Assembly (NCBI GenBank): GCA_039683615.1
Contig: JBDKRA010000001.1
Coordinates: forward strand, 25,958-89,957
Direction of reading: 5' to 3'
Source of the DNA: Phycisphaerae bacterium
Lineage (GTDB): Bacteria; Planctomycetota; Phycisphaerae; SM23-33
DNA: 64,000 nucleotides
A model generated the notes under the pieces. That model did no database searches. It saw only the letters and a program-made list of their open reading frames with translations, and had not been told where the DNA came from. Of this stretch, positions 9,180-17,824 are shown in pieces. Each line of letters starts with the position of its first letter. The first letter of the stretch is position 1. The position numbers and the translations under genes are program-made.

Positions 9180-10645
9180 GGCGCCTCGGTCCTCTGGGCA
9201 AGAAGCTGGCGGGCCACCTCGACATCGTCAAAGTGGATGCGCCGCTTGCCGATAATCTGCTCGCACTCGTGCCCCTTGCCGGCGATGAGCACCACGTCGC
9301 CCTTGCCCGCCCGCGACAGCGCCAGGGCGATGGCCGAGCGGCGGTCGCTCTCGACGTCGACCTTGTCGGAGGCGTCGGGGCTGAAACCGGCCATGATCTC
9401 GTCGATGATGGCCTGCGGCTGCTCGCTGCGCGGGTTGTCGCTGGTGACCACGACGCGGTCGGCCATGCTTTCGGCGACCGACGCCATGCGAGGGCGCTTG
9501 GTGCGGTCGCGGTCGCCGCCGCAACCGAACACGACGATAATGCGTCCGGTGGTGATGGGCCTCAGTGCCCCCAGCACGTTGGCCAGTGCGTCATCGGTAT
9601 GAGCGTAATCCACAAATACCTCAAAGGGTGCATCTGCCGGCACCCGTTCCAGTCGTCCGCGGACCAACGTCACCTGCTGGAGCCCCTGGGCGATGGTCTG
9701 CATCTCCACGCCCAGGCTGCGCGCCGCGGCGGCGGCCGCCACGCTGTTGGACACATTGTGGCGGCCGATCAGCGGCGTGCGGATCCGCACCGACTGGCCG
9801 GCTTCAATCAGGTCAAACTCCCCGCCGGTCTCATCGAGCCGCAAAATCTTGGCGTAGATGTCGGCGGCGGAACTCAAACCATACCACAATACCCGCCCGC
9901 GAGCCGCCGCCGCAAGAGTGTCCGCCGCGGCGTCGTCGCGATTGATGACGGCCGTCGCCGACGGATCGAGCTGCTCGAAGAGCCGCCGCTTGGCCGCGGC
10001 GTACGCCTCCATCGTGTGGTGATAGTCGAGATGGTCGCCGGTGAGGTTGGTGAACACGCCGGTGCGGAAGGCGATCCCGGCCGAGCGATCCTGCGACAGG
10101 GCGTGGGACGACACCTCCATCACCAGGTGCGAGCAGCCGCAGCGGACCATCTCGTCGCAGGCCTGGGCGAGCATGAGCGGGCTGGGCGTCGTCGTCGCCG
10201 CGGGGATAAACCGCAGGCCCGTGCTGTAGCCGATGGTCCCCAGCCGCCCGACGCGCAGGCCGCCGGCCTGAAGGATCCCCTCGAGCAGGCACGTCACGGT
10301 GGTCTTGCCGTTGGTTCCGGTGACGCCCACAGCCGTCAGCTTACGTACGGGCCAGCCCAGCAGCGCCTGCGCCAGATGCCCCACCGCTGCGTGGCTCTCG
10401 TCCACTCGCGCGTACGGCGTTGCGGCGGGCACGGCCGCGGCGTCCTGGCAGACGACGGCAGCGCAGCCGCCGGCGACGGCGGCGGGGATGAATTTGTGCC
10501 CGTCGGCGGCCGTGCCGGCAACGGCGATGAAGCACGACCCGCTGCGGCACTGGCGGGAGTCGTCGGTGAGGTCGGTGATCTCGACGTCGCGCCCGTGGCG
10601 CGCGTGCGGGATGTCGGCCGATTTCAAGAGTTCGGAAAAACGCAT
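9176..10645 (-). CDS. murE: UDP-MurNAc-L-Ala-D-Glu--2,6-diaminopimelate ligase
   Basis: 489 aa with GTNGKTT P-loop and a MurE-type DNPR motif (TSDNPRSE) near the C-terminus. Confidence 0.9.
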   Translation of the reverse strand: MRFSELLKSADIPHARHGRDVEITDLTDDSRQCRSGSCFIAVAGTAADGHKFIPAAVAGGCAAVVCQDAAAVPAATPYARVDESHAAVGHLAQALLGWPVRKLTAVGVTGTNGKTTVTCLLEGILQAGGLRVGRLGTIGYSTGLRFIPAATTTPSPLMLAQACDEMVRCGCSHLVMEVSSHALSQDRSAGIAFRTGVFTNLTGDHLDYHHTMEAYAAAKRRLFEQLDPSATAVINRDDAAADTLAAAARGRVLWYGLSSAADIYAKILRLDETGGEFDLIEAGQSVRIRTPLIGRHNVSNSVAAAAAARSLGVEMQTIAQGLQQVTLVRGRLERVPADAPFEVFVDYAHTDDALANVLGALRPITTGRIIVVFGCGGDRDRTKRPRMASVAESMADRVVVTSDNPRSEQPQAIIDEIMAGFSPDASDKVDVESDRRSAIALALSRAGKGDVVLIAGKGHECEQIIGKRRIHFDDVEVARQLLAQRTEAP

Positions 10646-10721
10646 GCCGATTGCCTCCGCGGGGGAAAAGTCTTCCAGGTGTCATGGCGGTCGTCCGCTA
10701 TGGCACCCAAAGGGCTATGCT

Positions 10722-12482
10722 CTACCGCGACACTACGACAGCGGCCGGCTTGTCGAGGGGCACGTTCAAATAGGCCAAGGCCTGTTCGAGCACCTGCTTG
10801 ACGTAGGGCGCGGCCACCTTGCCCCCATAATACCCTTTTGCCGGGTCGGGCCAATAGACTGAAATCAGGCACACGACTCGCGGGCGGTCGGCCGGGGCGC
10901 CGGCGATGTAGCTGGCGACGTACGCCCCCTCGCGGTAGCCAGCTGGTCCGGGGATCTGGGCGGTGCCGGTCTTGCCGAAGCTCGTCCAGCCGTCGAGGGG
11001 ATACTCCTTGGCCGTGCCCGCCTCGACGACGCCGCGCATGGCCGCCACGGTGGCGGCCGCGGTCGCCGGCGAGATCACGCGCCGCACGGCCTTGGGCATG
11101 CCGCGGTGGATCACCGTCCCGTCGGGGCGGCAGATGTAGTCCACCAGTTGCGGCTCCATCAGCACCCCGCCGTTGGACAGGGCGCTAAAGGCCATGGCAA
11201 GCTGCAGCGAGGTGGTCGATATTTCCTGCCCGAACGGCACGCGGCGAAGGCTGTAGCCGTCCCACTTGCGCAGCGGGCGGACGATCCCGCCGCTCTCGCC
11301 AGGCAGGGGAATGCCCGTGCGGTCGGCCAGGCCGAACGCCTTGGCCCACTCGAACAGGCGGCGATTGCCCATCATCTCGCCGACTTTGGCCATCCCGATG
11401 TTGCTGGAGAACTTGATCACATCCGCCAGCGAGAGCATGCCATAGCTCTGCCCGTGGTCGGTGATCGTGCCGCCCTTGGGCGCGCGGTAGTGGCCGTTCT
11501 CGCAGTTGAGCATGGTGTTGTAGTTCAACAATCCCTGCTCAACGGCCGCGGCGGCGAAGATCGGTTTCATGGCGCTGCCGGCCTCGACGGGCATGCTGAT
11601 GCAGCGATTAACCCGGCTGTCGGCGGGGGAATCCTGGTAGGCCGCCGGGTTGAACGTCGGCACCGACGCCATCGCCAGCACCTGCCCGGTCCAGGGGTCG
11701 ACGATCAGGCCGCTGCCCCATTTGCCGCCGTAGGTGCTGACGGCCTGGGCGAGGGCCTCTTCCAGCATCGCCTGCATCGACAGGTCGATGCTGAGGAAGA
11801 CGTTGTACCCGTCGCGGGGCGGGGTGGACTTGGATTCGTCGCTCCAGATCGCCCGCCGCCGCGCGTCGGCCAGCATCACTTTCTCGCCGTCGGTAGGCAG
11901 CAGGCTCTGGCGGAACGACAACTCCGCCCCTGCCCCCGGCTCGCCGTTGGGGCGGCGGTAACCCAGCACCGTCGCGGCCAGCGACCCGTTGGGGTATTCC
12001 CGCTGCCAGTGGTAGTCGATGCCGACAGCCGGCAGCTTGAGGTTGTGCACGTTCTGCGCCTGCTGCTCGTCGAGGGCTTTGACGACGCGAACGTAGCCCG
12101 ACTCGCGGCGCTGCAGCAGCGTTTCCTGAAGGGCCGGGACGAACTTGATGCGATCCTGCGTCGACATGCCCACGGCCTTGCTGATGCCGATGGCCACTTC
12201 GTCCGACTGGCTTTCCTTGAGCATGCGCGGATCGACGTAGACCCCGGGGACCCGGCGACTGATCACCACCGAGGCATAGCGCCGGCGCTCGCGGGCGAAG
12301 ATGCTGCCCGGGCGACCCGGCAGCGGCACGGTCATGGTCTGCTGCACGCGGATGCGCGCCTGGGCGTTCTCATGCCCCGTGCGGACCAGCGACGCCTGCG
12401 CGCAGGCGAAGCCTGCCAGCGCCACCGCGACGACCGCGAAGGCCGCTTCCAGCCGCCATCGCCCCGGCACCGGAGATATCAT
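10722..12482 (-). CDS. ftsI: Peptidoglycan D,D-transpeptidase (class B PBP; FtsI/PBP3-like)
   Basis: 586 aa with an N-terminal TM segment, a dimerisation region and a transpeptidase active site SAMK (SxxK). It occupies the ftsI position between ftsL and murE. Confidence 0.85.
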   Translation of the reverse strand: MISPVPGRWRLEAAFAVVAVALAGFACAQASLVRTGHENAQARIRVQQTMTVPLPGRPGSIFARERRRYASVVISRRVPGVYVDPRMLKESQSDEVAIGISKAVGMSTQDRIKFVPALQETLLQRRESGYVRVVKALDEQQAQNVHNLKLPAVGIDYHWQREYPNGSLAATVLGYRRPNGEPGAGAELSFRQSLLPTDGEKVMLADARRRAIWSDESKSTPPRDGYNVFLSIDLSMQAMLEEALAQAVSTYGGKWGSGLIVDPWTGQVLAMASVPTFNPAAYQDSPADSRVNRCISMPVEAGSAMKPIFAAAAVEQGLLNYNTMLNCENGHYRAPKGGTITDHGQSYGMLSLADVIKFSSNIGMAKVGEMMGNRRLFEWAKAFGLADRTGIPLPGESGGIVRPLRKWDGYSLRRVPFGQEISTTSLQLAMAFSALSNGGVLMEPQLVDYICRPDGTVIHRGMPKAVRRVISPATAAATVAAMRGVVEAGTAKEYPLDGWTSFGKTGTAQIPGPAGYREGAYVASYIAGAPADRPRVVCLISVYWPDPAKGYYGGKVAAPYVKQVLEQALAYLNVPLDKPAAVVVSR

Positions 12483-12567
12483 GATCGTCTCCTGTTGGTG
12501 GCGCAGCCTTTCCAGGCTGTGCCCTCGCAGGCCGGCAAGCCTGTGCCGCCGTCAACGCCATTGCGGA

Positions 12568-12852
12568 TTACCACGAGTTGCCCCCCGGCGCCGGCGGACG
12601 TGCGGCCAGGTTGCGCCGCACCGCCGTCGTGTCAATCAGCCCCAGGCCCATCTTCTGCGCCCGCTGCCACAGGGCCTGCTGTTGCGTCAGACCCGCCAGG
12701 TGCACCTGCTGATTTCCCAGCCGCCGTGCCAGCACCGCCTGACGCGCCTCGAGCTGGCGGAGGTGATGATAGGTGCGAATTTCCGCCCGGCGTATCTGCA
12801 CCAGCGATACGGTCAGCGCTACCATCACCACGATCAAAATGGCAATTCGCAC
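12568..12852 (-). CDS. FtsL-like small bitopic division protein
   Basis: 94 aa: a short cytoplasmic N-terminus, one TM helix (IAILIVVMVALTVSLV), then a coiled-coil or leucine-zipper-like periplasmic part. The position directly upstream of ftsI matches ftsL. No sequence motif confirms the assignment. Confidence 0.55.
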   Translation of the reverse strand: MRIAILIVVMVALTVSLVQIRRAEIRTYHHLRQLEARQAVLARRLGNQQVHLAGLTQQQALWQRAQKMGLGLIDTTAVRRNLAARPPAPGGNSW

Positions 12853-12862
12853 GTCAGATCCT

Positions 12863-13660
12863 TTAGCGGGGGATGACGATATTCATCCCGACCGGGTAGC
12901 GGCTGAGCCCTTCCAGGAGGGGATTGGCGTTGATAATCTTCTGAACCGCGGCCCCGCTGTCATCGCCGTAATACAGCACGGCAATCTCCTGGAGCGTCTC
13001 ATTGCCCCTGATGGTGTAGGTCCAGCCGGACGATTCGGTGCGGCTTTCGCTACGGGTCATCGCGGCTGCCGGAGCGCCCGACGGGGCGGCAGACCGGACG
13101 ACGGGGGCCGCTCCGGTTGGCGCAGCGGCGTCGGCCGCCGGACGGGGCGCCGCGCCAGGCAGGGCGGGAATCACCAGCGTCTGGCCGGGTTTGAGCGACG
13201 TCGCGCTGCTCAAGCGGCTGCGATTGGCTTCGAGAATGCGGCGGTATTCGTTGCCGTGCGTCGGACCGTATACCTTGCGGGCGATCCCAATGAGGGTGTC
13301 GTTGGAGCGAACGGTATATTGGCGCTCGGCCGGGCGAGGGGCCTCAGCCACGGGCTCGACACGCTGCGATCGAAGCTCGCGCCGCGCCGCATCCACCTGA
13401 GGACCGCCCGCCGCCGGCGCGGGACGCACAGGCGCCGCGCGCTCCGTCCGCACGGCAGGAATGCGCAGATCCTCGATGGGCACGGCATGACTGTAGTCGC
13501 TGCCGGTGACGGCCGCCGACGGCCCGGCGGCCGGACCGCCCGATTCGAGCCCGGTCAGTTCGGCCAGCACCAGTCCGAAGACCACCACGAACCCCAGGCT
13601 TACCAGCAGTCCGATGCGAGTTTCTCTGCCCATGTCACCGGCTCCTTCCGACAGCGGCAA
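12863..13660 (-). CDS. Membrane-anchored protein with two LysM domains, encoded inside the dcw operon
   Basis: 265 aa with an N-terminal TM helix (IGLLVSLGFVVVFGLVLAEL), an Ala/Pro-rich linker, and two LysM repeats (YTVRSNDTLIGIARKVYG... and YTIRGNETLQEIAVLYYG...). Confidence 0.75.
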   Translation of the reverse strand: MPLSEGAGDMGRETRIGLLVSLGFVVVFGLVLAELTGLESGGPAAGPSAAVTGSDYSHAVPIEDLRIPAVRTERAAPVRPAPAAGGPQVDAARRELRSQRVEPVAEAPRPAERQYTVRSNDTLIGIARKVYGPTHGNEYRRILEANRSRLSSATSLKPGQTLVIPALPGAAPRPAADAAAPTGAAPVVRSAAPSGAPAAAMTRSESRTESSGWTYTIRGNETLQEIAVLYYGDDSGAAVQKIINANPLLEGLSRYPVGMNIVIPR

Positions 13661-13672
13661 TCCGTTGCCAAG

Positions 13673-14578
13673 TCACGTCATTTCCAGGCACCGCAGCTTG
13701 GCCGAGCGGCTCCGCGGGTTGCGGGCAATCTCGTCCTCGTCTGCCGTCCTGGGCTTTTTCGTTATCAGTGCGGCCCGGCCCGCTCGGGCCAGGTCCGCGA
13801 AAGCGTGTTTGACACGCCGGTCCTCTAGTGAGTGAAAGCTGATAATGCACGCCCGCCCGCCGCGGCCGAGCACCTCCGGCAGCGCCGCAAGCAGGGCGTC
13901 GAGATTCTCCATCTCGCCGTTGACGGCGATCCGAAGCGCCTGGAAGGTCCGCGTGGCCGGGTGTACGCCCCGCCGCGTCGCCTTGGCTGCCCCGGGGTAT
14001 GCCCGCAAAACGATCGCTGCCAGTTCGCCCGTGGTGGTGATGGGCTTGCTCTGCCGAGCCAGCACGATCGCCCGGGCAATCCGGCGGCTGTACCGCTCCT
14101 CGCCGTAGGCGTAGATCAGGTCGGCCAGTTCGCCTTCGTCCATCTTGGCTACCAGGTCCGCCGCGGCGGGTCGGCCGCTGGTGCGGTCCAGCCGCATGTC
14201 CAGCGGGCCGTCCTGCGAGAAGCTCAGGCCGCGGGCGGGGTCGTCGAGTTGGCTCGAGGCCACGCCCAGGTCGGCCAGCAGGGCGTCAACGCGGGAGATG
14301 CCGGCCTCATCGAGCACAGTTCGGGCTTGGGAGAAGTTGCCTTGGAAGAGCCGCACAGGTTTTCCCAGCGGCTTGAGCCGCTGACCCGCGCGGACGAGAT
14401 TGTCGGCGTCCAGGTCCATTCCGATCAGTTGAGCATCGGCGGGGGCTTGACTTAACAGCAGCTCCGCGTGGCCGCCCAGGCCTACGGTGCAGTCCAGAAA
14501 CACATGCCGCCCCGGACCGCCCAGAACTTCCAGAACGGTCTGGGGCATCACGGGGCTATGAGCGGCCACGCCGGTCAT
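13673..14578 (-). CDS. rsmH: 16S rRNA m4C1402 methyltransferase RsmH (MraW)
   Basis: 301 aa: N-terminal VMPQTVLEVL then DCTVGLGGHA (SAM-binding), which are RsmH hallmarks. Confidence 0.9.
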   Translation of the reverse strand: MTGVAAHSPVMPQTVLEVLGGPGRHVFLDCTVGLGGHAELLLSQAPADAQLIGMDLDADNLVRAGQRLKPLGKPVRLFQGNFSQARTVLDEAGISRVDALLADLGVASSQLDDPARGLSFSQDGPLDMRLDRTSGRPAAADLVAKMDEGELADLIYAYGEERYSRRIARAIVLARQSKPITTTGELAAIVLRAYPGAAKATRRGVHPATRTFQALRIAVNGEMENLDALLAALPEVLGRGGRACIISFHSLEDRRVKHAFADLARAGRAALITKKPRTADEDEIARNPRSRSAKLRCLEMT

Positions 14579-14927
14579 GGCCTTGACCTCGCCTCAGTCG
14601 CCGGCGGCACAGGCCGCCGCCGCCACGGCCACGTGAGGAGAGAAAGCGACCCGGGAGTAGCTACCGCCCAGTCCCTGAACCCGCCGGAGCTTCTGAACTA
14701 AATCCAGCAGGCGCTGCCGGTGCCCATCGGTCATCAAAGATGGCCGGTTAAGCTGTCGGCGAAGTTCGGCCAGGCTCACTGGAGGGCATCCTTGCCTTCC
14801 GGCAGAGTGGCTCTGGGATGTTTGAGAGGTGGCCATTTCAGTCCGTTGCTCCCGGGACCGCTTTCCTTTTATTAAGTCCGCCGCGGGCGTGGTCAACCAT
14901 GACCGGCCCGCGGGCGATTCACACGCC

Positions 14928-15407
14928 TCAATCCATCGAGGCGCCTTGTTTATTCTGTGCATTCAGCGCGTCGGCCGCGTCGTAAAGCATGTCGCCGTAG
15001 ACGGGCAGTTCGCTGTCGACTCGAGCGTCCCATTCCTCGCTGGGCCAGATCTCGATGTGATCGTCCATTCCCAGCAACGTCACCTTGTCCGCAATCACCG
15101 CCCGCTGCATCGACTTTTCCGGAAGCACCACGCGGCCCTGGGAGTCGCCCTTGAGCACCCGCGCCATCGCGAAGAACAGATCGATCTTCCGCTTGTCGCG
15201 AGTGGGCAGGGGCGAACGCTTCAGGCTGGCCGCCAGGCGGCGGTAATACAGGTCCGGATACAGCCACAAATGCCGGTCGGGACCCAGAACCAGGATGAAA
15301 TCCTTGCCGTCTTCCTTGGGATCCATGCAGTCGCGCAACGCCGCACTGATAGCCAAGCGATGCTTGGCATCGATGAGTTGCTCGAACTCTCCCACGAAGA
15401 GCGCCAT
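14928..15407 (-). CDS. mraZ: Transcriptional regulator MraZ
   Basis: 159 aa with two MraZ/SpoVT-AbrB half-domains (DAKHRLAISAALR... and DSQGRVVLPEKSM...). It is the first gene of the dcw cluster. Confidence 0.85.
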   Translation of the reverse strand: MALFVGEFEQLIDAKHRLAISAALRDCMDPKEDGKDFILVLGPDRHLWLYPDLYYRRLAASLKRSPLPTRDKRKIDLFFAMARVLKGDSQGRVVLPEKSMQRAVIADKVTLLGMDDHIEIWPSEEWDARVDSELPVYGDMLYDAADALNAQNKQGASMD

Positions 15408-15445
15408 TCAAGGTTCTTTCCGCCACCGGTTGGGATGGCTAGGGA

Positions 15446-15474
15446 ATATTAACCACTAACAGGGAAACCGACAA
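15446..15474 (-). promoter_or_regulatory. Candidate sigma70-type promoter for the mraZ/dcw operon
   Basis: On the minus strand, TTGTCG-17 nt-TAATAT lies about 40 nt upstream of the mraZ ATG. Nearby (15431-15445) are GGGA repeats with 10-bp spacing that resemble MraZ boxes. Confidence 0.3.
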
Positions 15475-15546
15475 CAAAAAAAAGCGATTCACCACAAAAA
15501 AATCTGTCCTGTCTCTGTTAGGCCTTCCCTGGCCGGCCGCCGTTTT

Positions 15547-15575
15547 GTGGCATGGGCGTCTCGCCCATGCTCCCC
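15547..15575. repeat. REP-like hairpin (CATGGGCG-TCT-CGCCCATG)
   Basis: A perfect 9-bp stem. It is the reverse complement of the 22783-22810 copy. Confidence 0.8.
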
Positions 15576-15907
15576 GGTGCCCATGGCGACCCACGAAAAA
15601 CAGAAACGTGTGTCGCCATGCCACCCGCGCCGTCTGCCGTGGCCTTCCCTGGCCTGGCCGATCTTCCATGACCTGTGCGGCCGCACGCGCCGCGCCCCCG
15701 CCGGGGCATCCATGCCCGGCCAAGACACCCGATAGCGCCCAACCAATCTCTGGCCGGGCGCTGACTCACTAGAGAAACTTGTCAATCAGCGCGATACTCA
15801 AGCCAGGGCGCTATCGGCCCTTCGTTACGTTATCGGTCCTTCAGTAAAAATTGCGTTATTGAATTTTCGCAGCCGATTTGCCCCCCCCGCCCACGCTGCT
15901 GCCGGTA

Positions 15908-16016
15908 ACTCGAACACGAATGTCACGAATTGGGCGAATGGAGCAAAAACCAAGAATCGAAAGATCTCTTCTTCTCCGTCCTCATTCGTTTCATTCGTGA
16001 CATTCGTGTTCTCTTG
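15908..16016. mobile_element. MITE-like element, family A, copy 1
   Basis: About 30-bp terminal inverted repeats CGAACACGAATGTCACGAAT...ATTCGTTTCATTCGTGACATTCGTGTTCTC. The same element occurs at 16112-16217 and 59438-59552. Confidence 0.65.
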
Positions 16017-16290
16017 GGACAGGCAGCAAGATACCTGCGCCGCTACTTCCTGCCGCCGGCGATGCGCGGGGCGTCGAATGTAGTTGTCAGAATCGTGACA
16101 TCGCCAGCAATGCGAACACGAATGACACGAATAAAACGACTGGGCAAAAAGAAAGAACCCCAAGTCAGTTTCTTTTCCCCGTCCTCATTCGTTTCATTCG
16201 TGACATTCGCGTTCTCTTGGGACAGGCAGCAAGGCACCTGCGCCGCTACTTCCTGCCGCCGGCGATGCGCGGGTCGTCGAAGTAGTTGTC
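15911..16290. repeat. Tandem direct duplication (two units of about 180 bp: 15911-16089 and 16115-16290)
   Basis: Both units end with the last 45 nt of the cupin gene (encoding ...PRIAGGRK*) followed by a MITE-like hairpin. Unit 1 creates the artefactual ORF 16043..16492. Confidence 0.8.
16112..16217. mobile_element. MITE-like element, family A, copy 2
   Basis: Same terminal inverted repeats as copy 1. It lies in the second unit of the tandem duplication. Confidence 0.65.
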
Positions 16291-16761
16291 GCCGGCAAGG
16301 CTGGGTTTGCTTACTTCCAGCAGCAGCGCGCTGCCGAGGCCGGTGAAACGGTGGCGGTAGCGCGGGCCGGGGGGCATGGCCAGCACGTCGCCGGCCTTCA
16401 TGATCCTCGTGCGGGCCCCGACGGTCATGCGGACCTTGCCCTGGGCGACGAAAAACGTCTCGTGCTTCATCTTGTGGCAGTGCATGGGGCATGTCTGGCC
16501 GTCAAAGAGGAAGAGGTACTTGCCGCAGTAGCCGGCTTCCACCTCGTTGGCGATCCAGACCTCGATCAGGCCGGTCTTGTCGAACTCGCCCAGGCCAAAG
16601 TCGATGATCAGCGGCTCGGCCGCCGCCGGCAGGGCCACCTTCCACGCCTTCATCTGCCGGCGAAACGCCGCCATCGCCGCCGAGGCGGCGCGGCCGGTGA
16701 TCGACACGTACACGCCCTTGTTCTTCTGCGCGCCGACGGCGGATTTTGGCTTCTGCGTCAT
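16246..16761 (-). CDS. Cupin-fold sugar isomerase (D-lyxose isomerase family-like)
   Basis: Perfect cupin motif 1 in KYLFLFDGQTCPMHCHKMKHETFFVAQG, matching the KYL..GQ..P.H.H..K.E signature of the D-lyxose ketol-isomerase family. The start was chosen at MTQKPK (ATG at 16761) rather than the track extension to 16830. Confidence 0.7.
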   Translation of the reverse strand: MTQKPKSAVGAQKNKGVYVSITGRAASAAMAAFRRQMKAWKVALPAAAEPLIIDFGLGEFDKTGLIEVWIANEVEAGYCGKYLFLFDGQTCPMHCHKMKHETFFVAQGKVRMTVGARTRIMKAGDVLAMPPGPRYRHRFTGLGSALLLEVSKPSLAGDNYFDDPRIAGGRK

Positions 16762-16838
16762 GTGTCGCTCCTTGTATTGGGGGACTCTACCACAAAGGCA
16801 CGAAGGCACAAAGAGACGGGGAAACAGCAATCAACAAC

Positions 16839-16925
16839 TTTGCCACAGAGATCACAGAGAACACGAAGCGACGGCGAAAAGCTTGAAGCAACTCCTTCGT
16901 GTTCTTCGTGATCTCTGTGGCAAAG
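16839..16925. mobile_element. MITE-like hairpin, family B, copy 1
   Basis: TTTGCCACAGAGATCACAGAGAACACGAAG - about 30 nt - CTTCGTGTTCTTCGTGATCTCTGTGGCAAAG: a 29-bp inverted repeat with one mismatch. A related copy is at 17695-17779 and a fragment at 4107-4135. Confidence 0.7.
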
Positions 16926-16952
16926 GTTTCTTCTGCCCTTCAGCCGTGGGCA

Positions 16953-17135
16953 CTACTTCGCGGCCTTGGCTCGCTTGCGGCGGAGGGGATTGATATCGAT
17001 GATCTCGCCATCCTTATAGACGTACAGTGGCGAGCCGGTACGCTTGGCCAGTTCGCGAGCGGCCTTGGCGGCTCTCTTCATCGCAGGCCACGATCCCACG
17101 ATATCTGGATCGCTCGATTGGATTGTCTTCTTCAT
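16953..17135 (-). CDS. Small basic protein (60 aa), translationally coupled downstream of the zeta-toxin-like kinase; candidate partner or antitoxin
   Basis: ATGA overlap with the upstream gene's stop. Sequence MKKTIQSSDPDIVGSWPAMKRAAKAARELAKRTGSPLYVYKDGEIIDINPLRRKRAKAAK. Local GC is lower (about 55%). Confidence 0.5.
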   Translation of the reverse strand: MKKTIQSSDPDIVGSWPAMKRAAKAARELAKRTGSPLYVYKDGEIIDINPLRRKRAKAAK

Positions 17136-17668
17136 GGATTTTCTCCCGAGGCAACCAGTTTCAACTCGGGGCCTGAATTATCATACATCACCCAGCTATT
17201 TACCAGTTCACAGTATATTGTCCGAAGATTCCGCAGGCCCGAGTCAAATCGGCGGCGAATCACCGGTACGGGGACGTGGTGCCCGCCTTGAGCAACACGC
17301 ATCTTCACTCTAGCCACGGCAAAGTCAGCCGAAGGAAGGCTCAGGAAGACCAACTTCACATGGTAGCCCGCTTTCTTCCACCGCTGGATATGCCGCACGT
17401 AGTTTCTGCCGCTGAGGGTTGTCTCGAACGCAAAGCTTTCGCCTCGGCCATATCTGCGGGCAATCTCCTTGAGCATGATCTTTCCAGCCTGGATCGCCAC
17501 GCGCTCAGGCGCAAAGGGCGAGAGACCTCGGGCGATCAGGTCCGCGTTAATGAAGTCCGGACATCCGGCCTCGCGCGGCAGAAACTGCTCGGCAAAGGTC
17601 GTCTTCCCGGCCCCGTTGGGACCGGCGATAATGACGATCTTCTTGCCAGATTGAATTGGCCTGCTCAT
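17132..17668 (-). CDS. Zeta-toxin / COG4185-family P-loop kinase (AAA_33-like)
   Basis: 178 aa with Walker A IIAGPNGAGKTTFAEQF and the overall pattern of zeta-toxin-domain ATPases. Local GC is about 55%, against about 68% in the flanking genes. Confidence 0.8.
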   Translation of the reverse strand: MSRPIQSGKKIVIIAGPNGAGKTTFAEQFLPREAGCPDFINADLIARGLSPFAPERVAIQAGKIMLKEIARRYGRGESFAFETTLSGRNYVRHIQRWKKAGYHVKLVFLSLPSADFAVARVKMRVAQGGHHVPVPVIRRRFDSGLRNLRTIYCELVNSWVMYDNSGPELKLVASGENP

Positions 17669-17694
17669 AGCTCCTCTCAGCTTCGGGGAAACAA

Positions 17695-17779
17695 CTTTGC
17701 CACAGAGATCACAGAGAACACGAAGGGGTTTTTCAAAAACAAAGTTCTTCTCTGTGGTCTCTGTGATCTCTGAGGCAAA
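17695..17779. mobile_element. MITE-like hairpin, family B, copy 2 (degenerate)
   Basis: TTTGCCACAGAGATCACAGAGAACACGAAGGGG...CTTCTCTGTGGTCTCTGTGATCTCTGAGGCAAAG. It sits between the toxin-like gene start and the GT4 gene end. Confidence 0.6.
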
Positions 17780-17824
17780 GCTTCTCCTCTGCGATCTTCG
17801 CGACCTTTGCGGTGAATCGCTTTA

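Noticed and set aside
7767-9602. 611-aa plus-strand ORF
   Set aside because: Entirely antisense to murF and murE. The Gly/Ala/Arg/Val-rich translation reflects GC3 skew, not a real protein.
14594-14836. Small minus-strand ORF (about 80 aa) in the 350-bp rsmH-mraZ spacer
   Set aside because: No RBS, no motif, and an Arg/Gln-rich composition. The spacer more likely holds regulatory sequence, although a small protein cannot be excluded.
15870-16300. Possible CRISPR array, judged from the regular direct repeats
   Set aside because: There are only two repeat units. The units contain internal inverted repeats and a gene fragment. There are no spacer-like unique segments and no cas genes nearby. 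They are a tandem duplication plus MITEs.
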